Position numbers and translations under genes: made by a program. This document shows positions 49,801 through 61,026 of a DNA stretch of 64,000 nucleotides, piece by piece. The first letter of the stretch is position 1. Each line of letters starts with the position of its first letter. The notes beneath the pieces were generated by a model. That model was not told where the DNA came from. It ran no database searches and was given only the letters and a program-made list of their open reading frames with translations. Source of the DNA: Podarcis melisellensis. Its lineage: Eukaryota. The DNA is taken from NCBI GenBank assembly GCA_964234715.1, contig OZ174282.1; one strand, written 5' to 3'.

Positions 49801-50604
49801 ATGGGCCAAGAGGCCTTGCCACGGCTCCCACACCCATGGCCACCATCTTGTTGACCCCTTGGGCTAGCCTTATTTGTGTTATCTGATCCCTCTGCAAGGC
49901 CAGATGCTTTGCAGTCCATGGAAGATTCATGGTCCCTGTTGACAGTTTAAAGGTTGGTGCTCCCTGGTGGTTGTTTTTAAAGGAAATGCATGTTTGCTGA
50001 TTCAACATTAGTTTGGAACATTGGCAACTGCTCTTATCTTCTCAAAACCTATTTGCTTTGAACAACTATGCTGCCGGTAGAGTACAGTGTAGAGAGACAC
50101 AAGACCAATATTATGAAACCTTCCTCAGCCCAGTAACATCTGCATGCTCATTCGATAGTCACATCTCCTCCACACTCTGTTCATGCTCGTCTTCATCTTT
50201 ATCCCCACACCCCAGCTCTTCCACAAGGCCATGTTCAACACAGCTGGGGGACAGCACCTGTACTTTGCACACAGGAATTCCCAGATTCAAACCCAGCCGC
50301 TGCCATCCTTAAGGATTTCTGGTTTCAGCAGCACAGCAAAATCACTGCCTGGAGTCTTGGGGAACTGCTACTAGTCAACACTAGTTGGACAAAGAGCCTG
50401 GTCTGGTGTGATAAGGTTGGTTCATGTGTTGGTACCTCTTCTGCACCTACAAAACCCTTAACCCAGCCCCTCCACCGTTAATGCCAAGAAGATCCTTCTA
50501 CAACACCAAAGATACTAGCCCCGCTTCACTTTCTCTTTGGAGGACAATCCTACCTGAGAGTGAAGAACCAGGAAGAGCAGGAGGCTGACCCTAAAGAAGC
50601 ACAT
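46830..50604 (-). CDS. Truncated type I cadherin-like gene (signal peptide, furin site, EC1, EC2); probable 5' half of a cadherin-URAH fusion
   Basis: Exons 50604-50554 ([17 protein letters not shown]), 49433-49287 ([49 protein letters not shown]), 49103-48960 (...[35 protein letters not shown]...), 48454-48310 (LFLHAV...DQNDNKPRF...; 145 nt), 47902-47727 (ATDIDD...; 176 nt) and 46913-46830 ([28 protein letters not shown]). All GT-AG with no stops or frameshifts; the 145- and 176-nt exons match CDH1 exon 6/7 sizes as recalled. Confidence 0.88.
47092..47227. mobile_element. Palindromic hAT-type MITE (high-copy family)
   Basis: TIRs CAGGCACAGGCAAACT / AGTTTGCCTATGCCTA; 8-bp TSD TGCTAGAC (47084-47091, 47228-47235). 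Related copies with the GGACTACAACTCCCATCA core at ~4990, 24357, 31802, 34462, 48765, 56607 and 59592. Confidence 0.8.
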
Positions 50605-51239
50605 TGTCCGGCTTCAGCTCTTGCTCCTTGCCTTCTGCAAAACTCTGGCAAAGGGATGGCAACCCAGGTGACTAAGCTAGAGCAAAGTCTGCCTGGCAAG
50701 TCCCTTTGGAGGAAGGGTTAAGGGCAAATGGGCAGGCCTGGGGTATTTTGACACACCACATGGAAGCAGGCCACGGTTGACTCAGCATGTGGGACCAAGT
50801 GAAGGGCATGTGCTTGTGCCCTAGGAACATCTCTTGCAGGTGGCACTGCCCTCCATTGTGCAAGTCTCATTTATTCTGGCAGTGTAAGCATTTATTCTTC
50901 TCTCATTTTGGAGCAGGTATTCTCAGGACTCGACCCTCTGAAGCTCTTTCGAATATCAGAGCTCAGTTTTATGGCCTTTCTCCCTTTGTTTTGATTCAGA
51001 GCAGAAATTTTCAATAAAACATGGAGTGGAGGAAGGTATTGTTATGAAAACAGAGGAAGCCGCTTTCCTTGTGGAGAAACGGTGGAGGGTCTGTCCACTC
51101 TCCCTTTCACAGTAGCAGGAGAGTGCCATGCCTAGTCCTGACCTTGTGGCAGACATAGCTTCCTCAGAAGGCAAACCAGGTGCCCCACAGGTTGAGGGCC
51201 TTAAGGAGGCTCTGGAACAAGTGATGAGGAGGGACATAC

Positions 51240-51367
51240 CTGCTTAAGAACCCTTGGAGCTGTCAGAGGAGGTGGAAGTGCCCCCTGCCCCGCCCCAGTC
51301 CTCAAGAGCACTGGTGCCAAAAGCTTTTGGTCCAGATTGAAGAGCAACGATACAGTTTGCATTTATA
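51240..51367 (-). promoter_or_regulatory. Candidate TATA box and non-coding first exon of the cadherin(-URAH) gene
   Basis: Minus-strand TATAAA at 51367-51362; strong donor CAG|GTATGT at 51240; acceptor TTTTGCAG| at 50634, 30 nt before the ATG (A at -3); no upstream ATG in the predicted 5' UTR. Confidence 0.5.
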
Positions 51368-52529
51368 GAACCAGAGCTCCCAGTCTACTTGTGAATGTGA
51401 AAGCCTTGATTCTCCTTCACTGCCAGCATTTGTGGTTAGAGAGTGGTTTAGGAGGCTAGAGTATATAAGACCCCTCTCCTGCCCTTTGAGCCTTTCAGTT
51501 GCCAGAAATAACACAGATCTCTGGCTCCTTGTTCCTGGCTTTGGCGCCCCCACCCCCCTGAACACCCTGTGTGATCGACTGTGGACCATTTCCTGACTTT
51601 GCTTCTGCATCGCATGTTGGACCTAGACAGATTCTGTCTGCTGGACCTATGGAACTCTGCCCTCTTGGCCAAGTGTCTTGGTAAAGGCTTTTTACCCTCC
51701 TGTGACCGAGGCCCCAGCCCTGGAGGAAAGTGCTGCAAGAGTAAGTAGAAGGAGGCAGACACTCACACATGGGCACCACTGTATTATATCAAAAGACTAA
51801 CCAAGATCTGGTCCTCATTTGTCTTGACATTCTCTTTAAATCCCCATAGCAGAGATTTCTCCATGAAGTTGTTAACAGCAAGCTGGTATGCAGATAGCAG
51901 CAGCAGAGGTTTCCACATCGGTGCACAAAGAACGGCTGCCCACCATTCAACTTCTAAACGAGGTTTGTTGCTTTATGTTATAAACTGGTTTCAAGCTAAC
52001 ATGGTTGGCAGAAGCGCTGCACTTGGCCACCACAAGAGGGCACTGTGAGTATACAGAAAGGTTTCAGCCTCCACTTATTCACCCCCCTCGACCACCAGAG
52101 TGGTATTTAAGTAAAAGACCCCAGGCTGAGTGATCTGGTGGAAGCACTTCTCCAGGCCAATGCAAAACAGGTAAGGTATTATTATTATTCCTGTCATCAT
52201 AATTTTAAATAGTAATGGAATAAAGAAGAAGAATTGAAAGAATTTTCTCTCTATTTTTATGAAGATTTTAGAAGGAGCAGTCCCTTCTCTCATGCTTATA
52301 AGTTAAGAGGCATGAAAGGAAAGAGGAAGTAGAAGAACAAGAAAAATTCCAAATCGTTTACTTCGGTTTTGCTGGCCAAGTGGCCATAGGATTTGTCAGA
52401 AGCCCCCCAAGGCCAGTGGAACCTGAGATACGCCACTGACGAAATATGCCAAGCAATGTCTGCCAATGAAGACATGCCATTAGCAAAAATAAGCTGTTAC
52501 TTACACTCAGACCCAACATCGCTCAGGAA

Positions 52530-52715
52530 TTCGAATGGGACATAAGGAGGCACCAGGACCAGACGGCTTTGGTAGCGCTTTTGATAAAGCTTTTCAGGAG
52601 ACTTTAATGCCGTCTTTAATTTTGCTGTTAAATGACGTGTTGAGGAGTGATATTCTCCCAAAGGGCTTGGTCCACATCAGAAATAATTGTTATACCCAAA
52701 CCAGGAAGAGATGCT
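52530..52715 (+). mobile_element. Degenerate LINE (L1-like) ORF2 RT fragment
   Basis: Translation KEAPGPDGF...FQETLMPSLILLLNDVL...LPK resembles the KSPGPDG region that precedes LINE RT domains. Confidence 0.6.
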
Positions 52716-53419
52716 GTGCCTGTCATCGCGCCTCTGTCCGCACAAACGACATGAATTAAAACCCTATTCACATTCATAGGGGAGCAAATCGAGGTTGCCT
52801 CTTGTTCCCCCCATTCCCCCCCTTTCTCTGTAACCATTAGCAATTGCACTACATCTAAGCCCAGGTATGAAGGATTACTGGGGATGGGGAGAATAACATT
52901 TATTAAGCGTCTGTGCTGGTTATATGGTATGCATGTAATCAAATTAATAGAAAGCTTTATCAATGCTTAAATTAGAATTAGATAAATTTGAAAAAAAAAT
53001 AGGGAGTCTTGGAGCTAATCCTAAGAAGTTACTAATAATGTGTTACGATATGTGGGAACAAATTAAGCTTAATCAACGGAAACTCATTCCACACTGTAGG
53101 ACAAATTTCAGATATATGAGGTAAAAAACTGTAAATTGAATAAATTATATTCCATAAATTATATCATACAAAAAATGTGGGTACATCCTTTTATTAGACT
53201 TCTTTGTTCCTGGAGGTTTCTTCACCCTGACCAGAGAGGAAGTCCAGGCCGGGCATCAAATTTGGAAGAAGATGGAGGGGGAGGAGGAGAGGCAGAGATG
53301 AAGGAAGGGAAGGAGAGGGAAGGACAACTCTGTTCAGTTGAACTTCTTCTCCTGTGACTCCTTTGTTGAGTCACAGATGAGGCAGGTTGAATAGGGGATG
53401 ATTCCACACTATTCCCAGG

Positions 53420-54430
53420 AACATTAAAAAAAATAAAAATGTAATTTTCAGTTATATACATTTCAATAGTTTTACAGGCATTTTAACATTTCAAAACTCG
53501 ACTTCCTCCTCTTTCTACAGTTCCTTAAATTTCTATTTATTATTTCCTGCATATTCTGAATTAACTTATTCTTTTATTCATCTACTTTAATTATTTACTC
53601 TTATGAAACTGCAGGTCATTACAATAATCCTGCCAATGTCCTTATTTGTTTGCAATTTATTTGTACATATTCAGTAAGCCATTTCCATTCTTTAATTTTT
53701 TATATATATAAATGTTTATTAGGGATATAAATATTTATTAGGGCATTTCCATTCTTTTATAAAAAGTTTGTTGTCTTGATTTCTTATTTTTCTGGGAAGT
53801 TTTGCCATTTCTGCATAGCCCATGAGTTTTTGTATCCGGTCGTCTTTCGTTGTGACTTCTTCTTTCCATTTTTGGGCTAATAACATTCTTGCGGCTGTAG
53901 TCGCATACTTAAATAAATTTCTATACTGTTTAGGTAGTTCTACCCCTATAATTCCCAGAAGGAAATCTTCTGTTTTTATTTTATTTTTACAAATGTTGTT
54001 TTAAACATATTTTTCAATTCATTATATATCATTTCCCAGTATGCTTTAACTAGGACCACCATATATGATAGAAAGTACCTTCTTTCTCTTTGCATTTCCA
54101 ACACTTATTTGATTTAGATTTATACATTTTTGCCAGTTTACTCGGTGTTAGATACCTTCTATATAACATTTTCATATAGTTTTCTCTGAAACCATAGCAT
54201 GCTGTAAATTTTATATGTGTGTTCCACAATTGTTCCCATGCTTCCGTATCTATATTATAACCAATATCTATTGCCCAATGTCTCACTGAAGATTTTACTT
54301 GCTCATCCTTTGTTTCCCAGTCCAATAATAACTTACACATTTTAGACAGCACTTTAACATTACATTCCAACAGATCTCTCTCCATTTTTGATACCTGTTC
54401 CCCAAACCCTCATTTCTTATCTTTCTACTC
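53420..54430 (-). mobile_element. 5'-truncated L1-clade LINE, ORF2 C-terminus and 3' UTR
   Basis: ORF 54050-54385 ends in the L1-type zinc knuckle YLTPSKL...CWKCKEKEGTFYHIWW; AT-rich and stop-interrupted. Boundaries approximate. Confidence 0.8.
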
Positions 54431-55519
54431 TTCCTAGGAACATTAAATAAGAAAAGACAGAGTATGTCAAAGAGTTTTTTTCTCAGTCTGCTCTTCCTCA
54501 GAAGGCCTGCTGGGCCTTGGAGTCTCCTGCAGCAATCTAGTTTATGTATGGGTGGGCGGTGTTGGTTTTTGTTTTATGGATCAAATTCCAATGGCAAAGC
54601 ATAGTAATTGTATTTGCCCTCTTTACAACAACAGTATTTAATTAATTAATTCGATTTCTTGACCGTCCTTTACCACAAGACTCCAGGTTGCCTCGCAACA
54701 ATAAAACATACAATTACAAAACAAACAGAACAGTTCCCTACATAAAACAATGCACATTTAAAAAACAACAACACAATTCCGTGTTTAAAAATAGTTCCAG
54801 TAGAGATGCAGACTGGGATAAAGATCCCCACTTAAAAGGTTTATGCTACCTTAAGATCCCTAGAGAAATAGGTGAGATATAAATAAAATAAGTTTTTGTT
54901 TTTTAAAAATTTTTTTAAACCCCACTTACTGTCCTTTGGAGCCCAATTGCTCTCCAGGATGGGAAGCAGATGGCTTGGCTGCGCAAAGACTTGCCATAGA
55001 CCTTACTCTGTCAGAACATATCACAGAGGCTGAAAATGCGCTTGTGATAAAAGAGGGAGATGGGGGCAGTGAGTGACCCCACTCTCTATTCACCATGCAT
55101 GATACCAGGAGGGGTGAGGAGGGTTTGGCTTTCCACAAATGAAATTGCAGTTCCAGGTCTGCCTGATCCATTTACCTGCTAATGCCATTATGTGGAAGCA
55201 GTTAGTTCCCTTATTTAGCCCTCAGCGACTTAGGCTCCAGAATCTGAAGCACAGCCACCTTATATTTGGACCCTCTTGGACATTAAGATTGGCGGGAGCT
55301 CTTGGTAGTTCCACCACCCGCCTGGTTCTCTATGGCAGCCCCAAAGCTGTGGAATTCCCTCCCCACCTGGCACCACTTTTTTGCAGCTTTCCTCCTGTAC
55401 TGAAGATGCAACTCACTGGCCAAGCCTTTGAGGTTGAGGATATAAGTTTTAGGACCCACCTTAGTCTCTTGAGCGCAGTTGCCTTAACTTATTTTAAGTT
55501 GTTGTAACCCTCCTGGAAA

Positions 55520-55863
55520 GGGACGCGGGTGGCACTGTGGGTTAAACCACAGAGCCTAGGACTTGCCGATCAGAAGGTTGGCGGTTTGAATCACTGCGAC
55601 GGTGTGAGCTCCCGTTGCTCGGTCCCTGCTCCTGCCAACCTAGCAGTTCGAAAGCACGTCAAAGTGCAAGTAGATAAATAGGCGGGAAGGTAAACGGCGT
55701 TTCCATGCGCTGCTCTGGTTCCCCAGAAGTGGCTTAGTCATGCTGGCCACATGACCCAGAAGCTGTACGCTGGCTCCCTCGGCCAGTAAAGCGAGATGAG
55801 CACCACAACCCCAGAGTCGCCCATGACTGGACCTAATGGTCAGGGGTCCCTTTACCTTTACCA
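55520..55863 (+). mobile_element. Full-length Sauria/Squam1-type SINE
   Basis: GGGACGCGGGTGGCACTGTGGGTTAAACC...CCAACCTAGCAGTTCGAAAGCAC...GGGGTCCCTTTACCTTTA tail; 9-bp TSD CTCCTGGAA (55510-55518, 55864-55872). Confidence 0.88.
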
Positions 55864-55921
55864 CTCCTGGAATATCATGGTGAAGACTGGGTAAGAAAAT
55901 CATCACCATCACCATCATCAA

Positions 55922-56064
55922 AGATAGCTCAGTCAGTAAAGCATGAGACTCTTAATCTCAGGGTTGTGGGTTCAAGCCCCACATTGGGCAAAAGGTTCCT
56001 GCATTGCAGGGGGTTGGACTAGATGATCCTCAGGAACCCTTCCAACTTAACAATTCTATGATTT
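55922..56064 (+). mobile_element. tRNA(Lys-CTT)-derived SINE with CR1-like tail
   Basis: Head TAGCTCAGTCAGTAAAGCATGAGACTCTTAATCTCAGGGTTGTGGGTTCAAGCCCCACATTGGGC followed by GGTTGGACTAGATGAT...CCCTTCCAAC...TTCTATGATT. Confidence 0.8.
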
Positions 56065-58123
56065 TTGTAATAATTAGCTTTAAGTGCAAGCTGCCTCAGT
56101 CACTATACAGAGCAAGGCTGGGGGAGAGAGGAGGGAGAATGGGAAGCTTCAGAGTGTCTTCTCCAAGTTATTGGACATAACTAAAACATCTCGCAGTGCT
56201 GATGAAGGGTGGGTAATAAGAAAATAAATAATTTTAATACTGCTACTGCAAATGATAATAACCAGGCACGTCCAAGGGTAAGGACCTCATTGCTATTTCC
56301 AGGGTGAATTGACAGTCAAAAACAATTGCATATTAAAGGAATTTTTAAAAGCAACAATAACTATACAGGTTAAAATAACAGCATCAATTCAGATCAAGGA
56401 CAGATAACCACTGGGATAAGGATGTTTGAAAGGTTGGTTGAAAGAAGGATGTCTGTAGCAAGGACTGGCCCAAGGTCACATGGTAAGCTCCATGGCCAAG
56501 TGGAGATTTGAACCCCGGTCTCCCAAGTCCTAATCCAATGCTCTAACCACTACACCACACTGGCTCCCACCATCATGTTGAGACTGCAGTTCAACCCTGT
56601 CATCAAAGCAGCCTTTCCCACCAGATGTTGTGGACTACAACTCCCACCAGCCCCTGCCAATGCAGCTGTTCCTATTAGCATCATGTGGCCATACTGGCTG
56701 GGGCTGATGGGAGTTGTAGTCCGAAGCACCTGAAGGACAACTAGTTGGGACGGCTGCATAGAGGCCTTGCAGTGGCCCAGTGGGGGTTGGGAGGAAAGGG
56801 ACCTGGAAACCTCCCAGCTTATCCTGCCAGCCATGCATGGATGAGCCGGAACGAACAGCCGACTCGTGGGCTGTGAGCAAAAGGAGATCAAGGCTGCGTT
56901 TGCAAATGCCAAAGAGATGGAATCACTCATGAACCAACGGACAGGCCCTGGTGGGGGAAGGGAGGGATTGCATACAAAACAACCGAAACCCGCTCCCTCT
57001 GGCCTGCTGAGGGAAGAGAGAAGCACCTTCTGTTTGCATTCCGGCCCATCTACCCTGCTTTCATGGACGAGGAAATGCAGATCAGAAGGTGTGGGAGAGG
57101 AAGTCGGATGCTTTCTCTGGAAATATAGTTGGCAGGTGGCAACTTGATGAAAGCTGAGTTCCATCAGGATATTGTGCCACAGAGAGGCCTCAGGTGTCAC
57201 CTCTGTGCCCAAATAAGGAAAGCTCAGCCTGCCATGAAAAGGCACCCTCCTGGTTCTCCTGCCAGGATCTCCTTAGAGACCTTTAAAGCAGGCAATGGAA
57301 ATCTCTCTTAGCCTGAGGGCCCCATTCCCTTGTGGGGAATTTCCCTAGGGCCACATGCTAGGGGTGGGTGGGGCCTGAGGCAAAAGTGGGAGGTGCAATG
57401 AGTTTCATGCAGAAAGCTAGTTTCTACACACTCTCTCTTCAGCCCATTCCTGCCCACTTGGAGGGTGTAATCTCCCAGGCTAAACATAAGGCAGCTGAAG
57501 CAATGTGAACATTATAGGAGCAACAGCCTTGCTCTTTGCACAGCCCTGAGAGTCACTTACGGTACCTTCCTATCCATCTTGATGAACCGTTCATAAATCC
57601 ATCTGCCATATTAACTGGCGTTCAGAAGCACTCAGGAACTAATGGGAAATAGAATCCTTTTAACTGTGCTAGCTGCCTCCCCCCCTTTATTGAAACAAGA
57701 ACAAATAATTCAATAATATATAAGAAAAAAGAAAGGTAACAGAACTGAATAAAAATTAAATACACAGAGAAAGAGACACCACCCAATTTGGGTTGTTTTG
57801 TTCACATCCTCTGGGAAAAATAATTATCTTTACTTGTGTTGTTGTGGTGGTGGTGGTAGTAACATTTTTTTTTAAAGGTCACAATATTCACCTCAAGGCC
57901 TTATGATATTCTCACTTAAAAGTGAAACATTACTACTAATTCCAAATAGTAGCATATTTCACAGGGGGCATTTGAACACTGTTATCATTATTAATATAAG
58001 CAGTATATTTTTGCCGCATGCTTTGAAAATGAATCTTTTTTGCTTGTCCTCTAGTATCACTTAATGCTTGAATTACGATAATTTTCCAGCAATAGATATG
58101 TAGCATATTTGATTTGATGACCT

Positions 58124-58500
58124 TTAAAGTCCAAAACGGCCTCGGTCTAGTATACCTGAAGGAGTGTCTCCACTCCCATCATTCTGCCCAGACACCGAGA
58201 TCCAGCGCCAAGGGCCTTCTGGCAGTTCCCTCACTGTGAGGAGCCAAGTACAGGGAACCAGGCAGAGGACCTTCTCGGTAGTGGCACCTGCCCTGTGGAA
58301 TGCCCTCCCACCATATGTCAAAGAGAAAAACAACTACCAGACTTTTAGAAGACATCTGAAGGCAGCCCTGTTTAGGGAAGCTTTTAATGTTTGACGGACT
58401 ATTGTATTTTAATATTTTGTTGGAAGCCGCCCAGTGTGGCTGGGGAAACCCAGCCAGATGGGTGGGGTATAAATAATAAATTATTTATTATTCTTATTCT
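58124..58500 (+). mobile_element. L2-like LINE 3' fragment
   Basis: ORF end RTFSVVAPALWNALP...TFRRHLKAALF followed by an AT-rich short-repeat tail. Confidence 0.75.
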
Positions 58501-60886
58501 TATTATTGACTATACCCCATGGTGCCATTGCCAGCTGTTGGTGCTGTGGCTTGGTGGTTAGAGAGATGCCCTGTTTAGCTTGCAGTGGCTCCCAGGAACA
58601 CCCTCTCTTTTGCCTCCTCTAATACAATCTGATGTTGGCCAGACATGGAAAATGTTAGAGTAGGAGGATAATCCATATTCCCAAAGGAGCTTGAACTTGC
58701 CAGACCCAAGTGCTAGACGCAGGTTGTTACTGGAAGCTGGTTCTGTCAAACAGGTGTCTCTGGCTTCCCTCATAGCCTGCCCTGAATGAACCTCTTTCCC
58801 TGCTGGATTCTCCTTCCCCCAGTGGGTCTTGAACCCTTCCTCCAGGAATGGCTGTATCTCCTTTTCTCCTAAGGGGCTGTGTGTCCTGGTAGCTTCATCT
58901 GCTTTCCCTCCATGTGTTGAGATTTTTTTTAAGTGTGTGAGAACAAGGGAAAGGCCATGGCTTAGTGGCACAGCAGCTGCTTTTCATGCAGATCATCCCC
59001 ACCACCTCTAGGAAGGGCTTGGGAGAGATTTCTCTCTGAAATCCTGGAGAGGAGTAGACGGTGCTAAACTAGCCGGGCTCACAGTTAAATATTTGTTTAT
59101 TTTTATTGATACCCAGCCTCTTCCACCCATGTTGGGTGTTCCGAGCAGCAGACAAATACAGTAAAACACTAAAATCTTAACCACGGCCTGGGTCATTGCT
59201 GACTGTGCCACAGGATGGTTTGGCTATCATTCATGCTTTGTTGTGTGTGTGGTTTGCCTCGCACCTGGCTGAGTATATTATATAGAGGCCATTCTCTTGG
59301 CATAGTGGTGGCATCACCCGCTCTCTCCCTGGTGTGATTTGTTTAAATGGCTTTGTCAATCTAGAACAGTTTCCTGTTTCCCAAGACAATCCCCTGGATG
59401 CTTCTAGGAAGCAGATAAGTGAGGCAGAAAGCAGTGGGCCATTCCCTGACCTCACCCCAGTTGCTTGCCCCCCTAGCCACCAATATTCAGAGGCAGGCTA
59501 CCTTTGCACATGGAGGTTTTCATGTACAGTAGTGATTGTGGCCAACAACAGTCACAGGCAGGCAGCTCTTCCTCCATGAATTTGTCTAATCCAGGGCTTG
59601 GGGAGACTGTGGGCTTCCTCCAGATGTAGATGGACTACAACTTCCAGCAGCCCAGGTCATTGGTTGCACTGGGAGGCTGATGGGAGCTGGAAGTCCAAGA
59701 GCACCCAAAGGGCCACAATGTTCCTCATCCCTCATAGGATTCTTGTAAAGGCCTTGAGCCTGCTAAGAGCCCATTTCCATGGCCCAAACTGGACACAAAG
59801 TCCTTCAGTCTTTTGCCAACTATTGATTCCATAGCACACTTACCTGCATATATTATAGCTGTGGTTTCATATTACCCAAGTACCTGTTTTTAGCCTATTC
59901 ATTGGAAAACTGATTAAAGAGCATTAATATTTTAAGAAGAAATACAAGTGACCTTTAAATAATGTTTTTGGCATTCTGGTTTTTTAAATTAAAAAAATGT
60001 CTGTGGATCTTCTGATTTGATTAGGGTTTTGTGTCTTTATTATTAGTATCATCATCACTGATTTATTAATCATGTTCTAAATCCCCACCACAAGATAATT
60101 TACACATAAGATAATTAAAAGTGAGTTAAAACCACAAATAAATTTAAAACTAGTCTAAAACCGTAGCAAGTGGGCACTCATCTCTAGCTGGGAAAGCCTG
60201 ACAGGTGAAGGGAAGCTATACCTCTGAGCATGGCAAAAGGGCCTTTTCTGACTGTTGTGAAGCTGTCCACAGGTACCTTCAAACAGGAATGAGAACGCGG
60301 GGTCCCAGCTTAAATCTTTATGGAAGCTCAAACCCCAGCGCCTCTCTGCTGGAGACGCTTTCCTGCATCTTCTGGAATATTTCGCTGTCTCCCAAATTGC
60401 AAAGTCCTTCCAGGATCTTCTACCACTCGGGCAATGATGGTCCCTGGACTGGGGGCTCCCCACTGCTGCTCTACTGGTGCCCTTGAAAATCGTAGCTCCC
60501 ACAACCTTGGACTGCTCGTGCCTTGGGGTCCGGGGTTCCTAGCGGGAGAAGCCACGTGGCCTTGAGGAAGGGATGGCCAGGATCGAGCCCCATGGAGAGT
60601 TGCAACAACGGGGGGGGGGGGACTCAAAGGCGTGGGACTCAACGAGAAACCAAAGAGAGATTTGGACAATCCCTTTTTGAAGATGTCACTGTAAAAGTTT
60701 TATTTCCTTCTTTGGGTACTTTTTATTTTGAAAAATGCAGCCTCCAGTTGAACCTTCGTTAAAAATGCAGAAAGCTAAAATCGCATTAAGCGATGTAGGG
60801 AGGTGAAAGCAATTTGGAAGCGGGTGCTGAATGAAGAGGGAGGCCCCCCCTGCCAGAAAAGCGCCCCCCGCGTAACCGAAACACAG

Positions 60887-61026
60887 NNNNNNNNNNNNNN
60901 NNNNNNNNNNNNNNNNNNNNNNNNNNNNNNNNNNNNNNNNNNNNNNNNNNNNNNNNNNNNNNNNNNNNNNNNNNNNNNNNNNNNNNNNNNNNNNNNNNNN
61001 NNNNNNNNNNNNNNNNNNNNNNNNNN
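60887..61026. other. Assembly gap (run of N) at the cadherin CpG-island edge
   Basis: About 140 N; true length unknown. Confidence 0.99.

Noticed and set aside
55922-55990. Apparent tRNA-Lys gene (and tRNA-Ile-like sequence at 23550-23616)
   Set aside because: Mutated A/B boxes and acceptor stem, and followed directly by a CR1-like tail; these are SINE heads.
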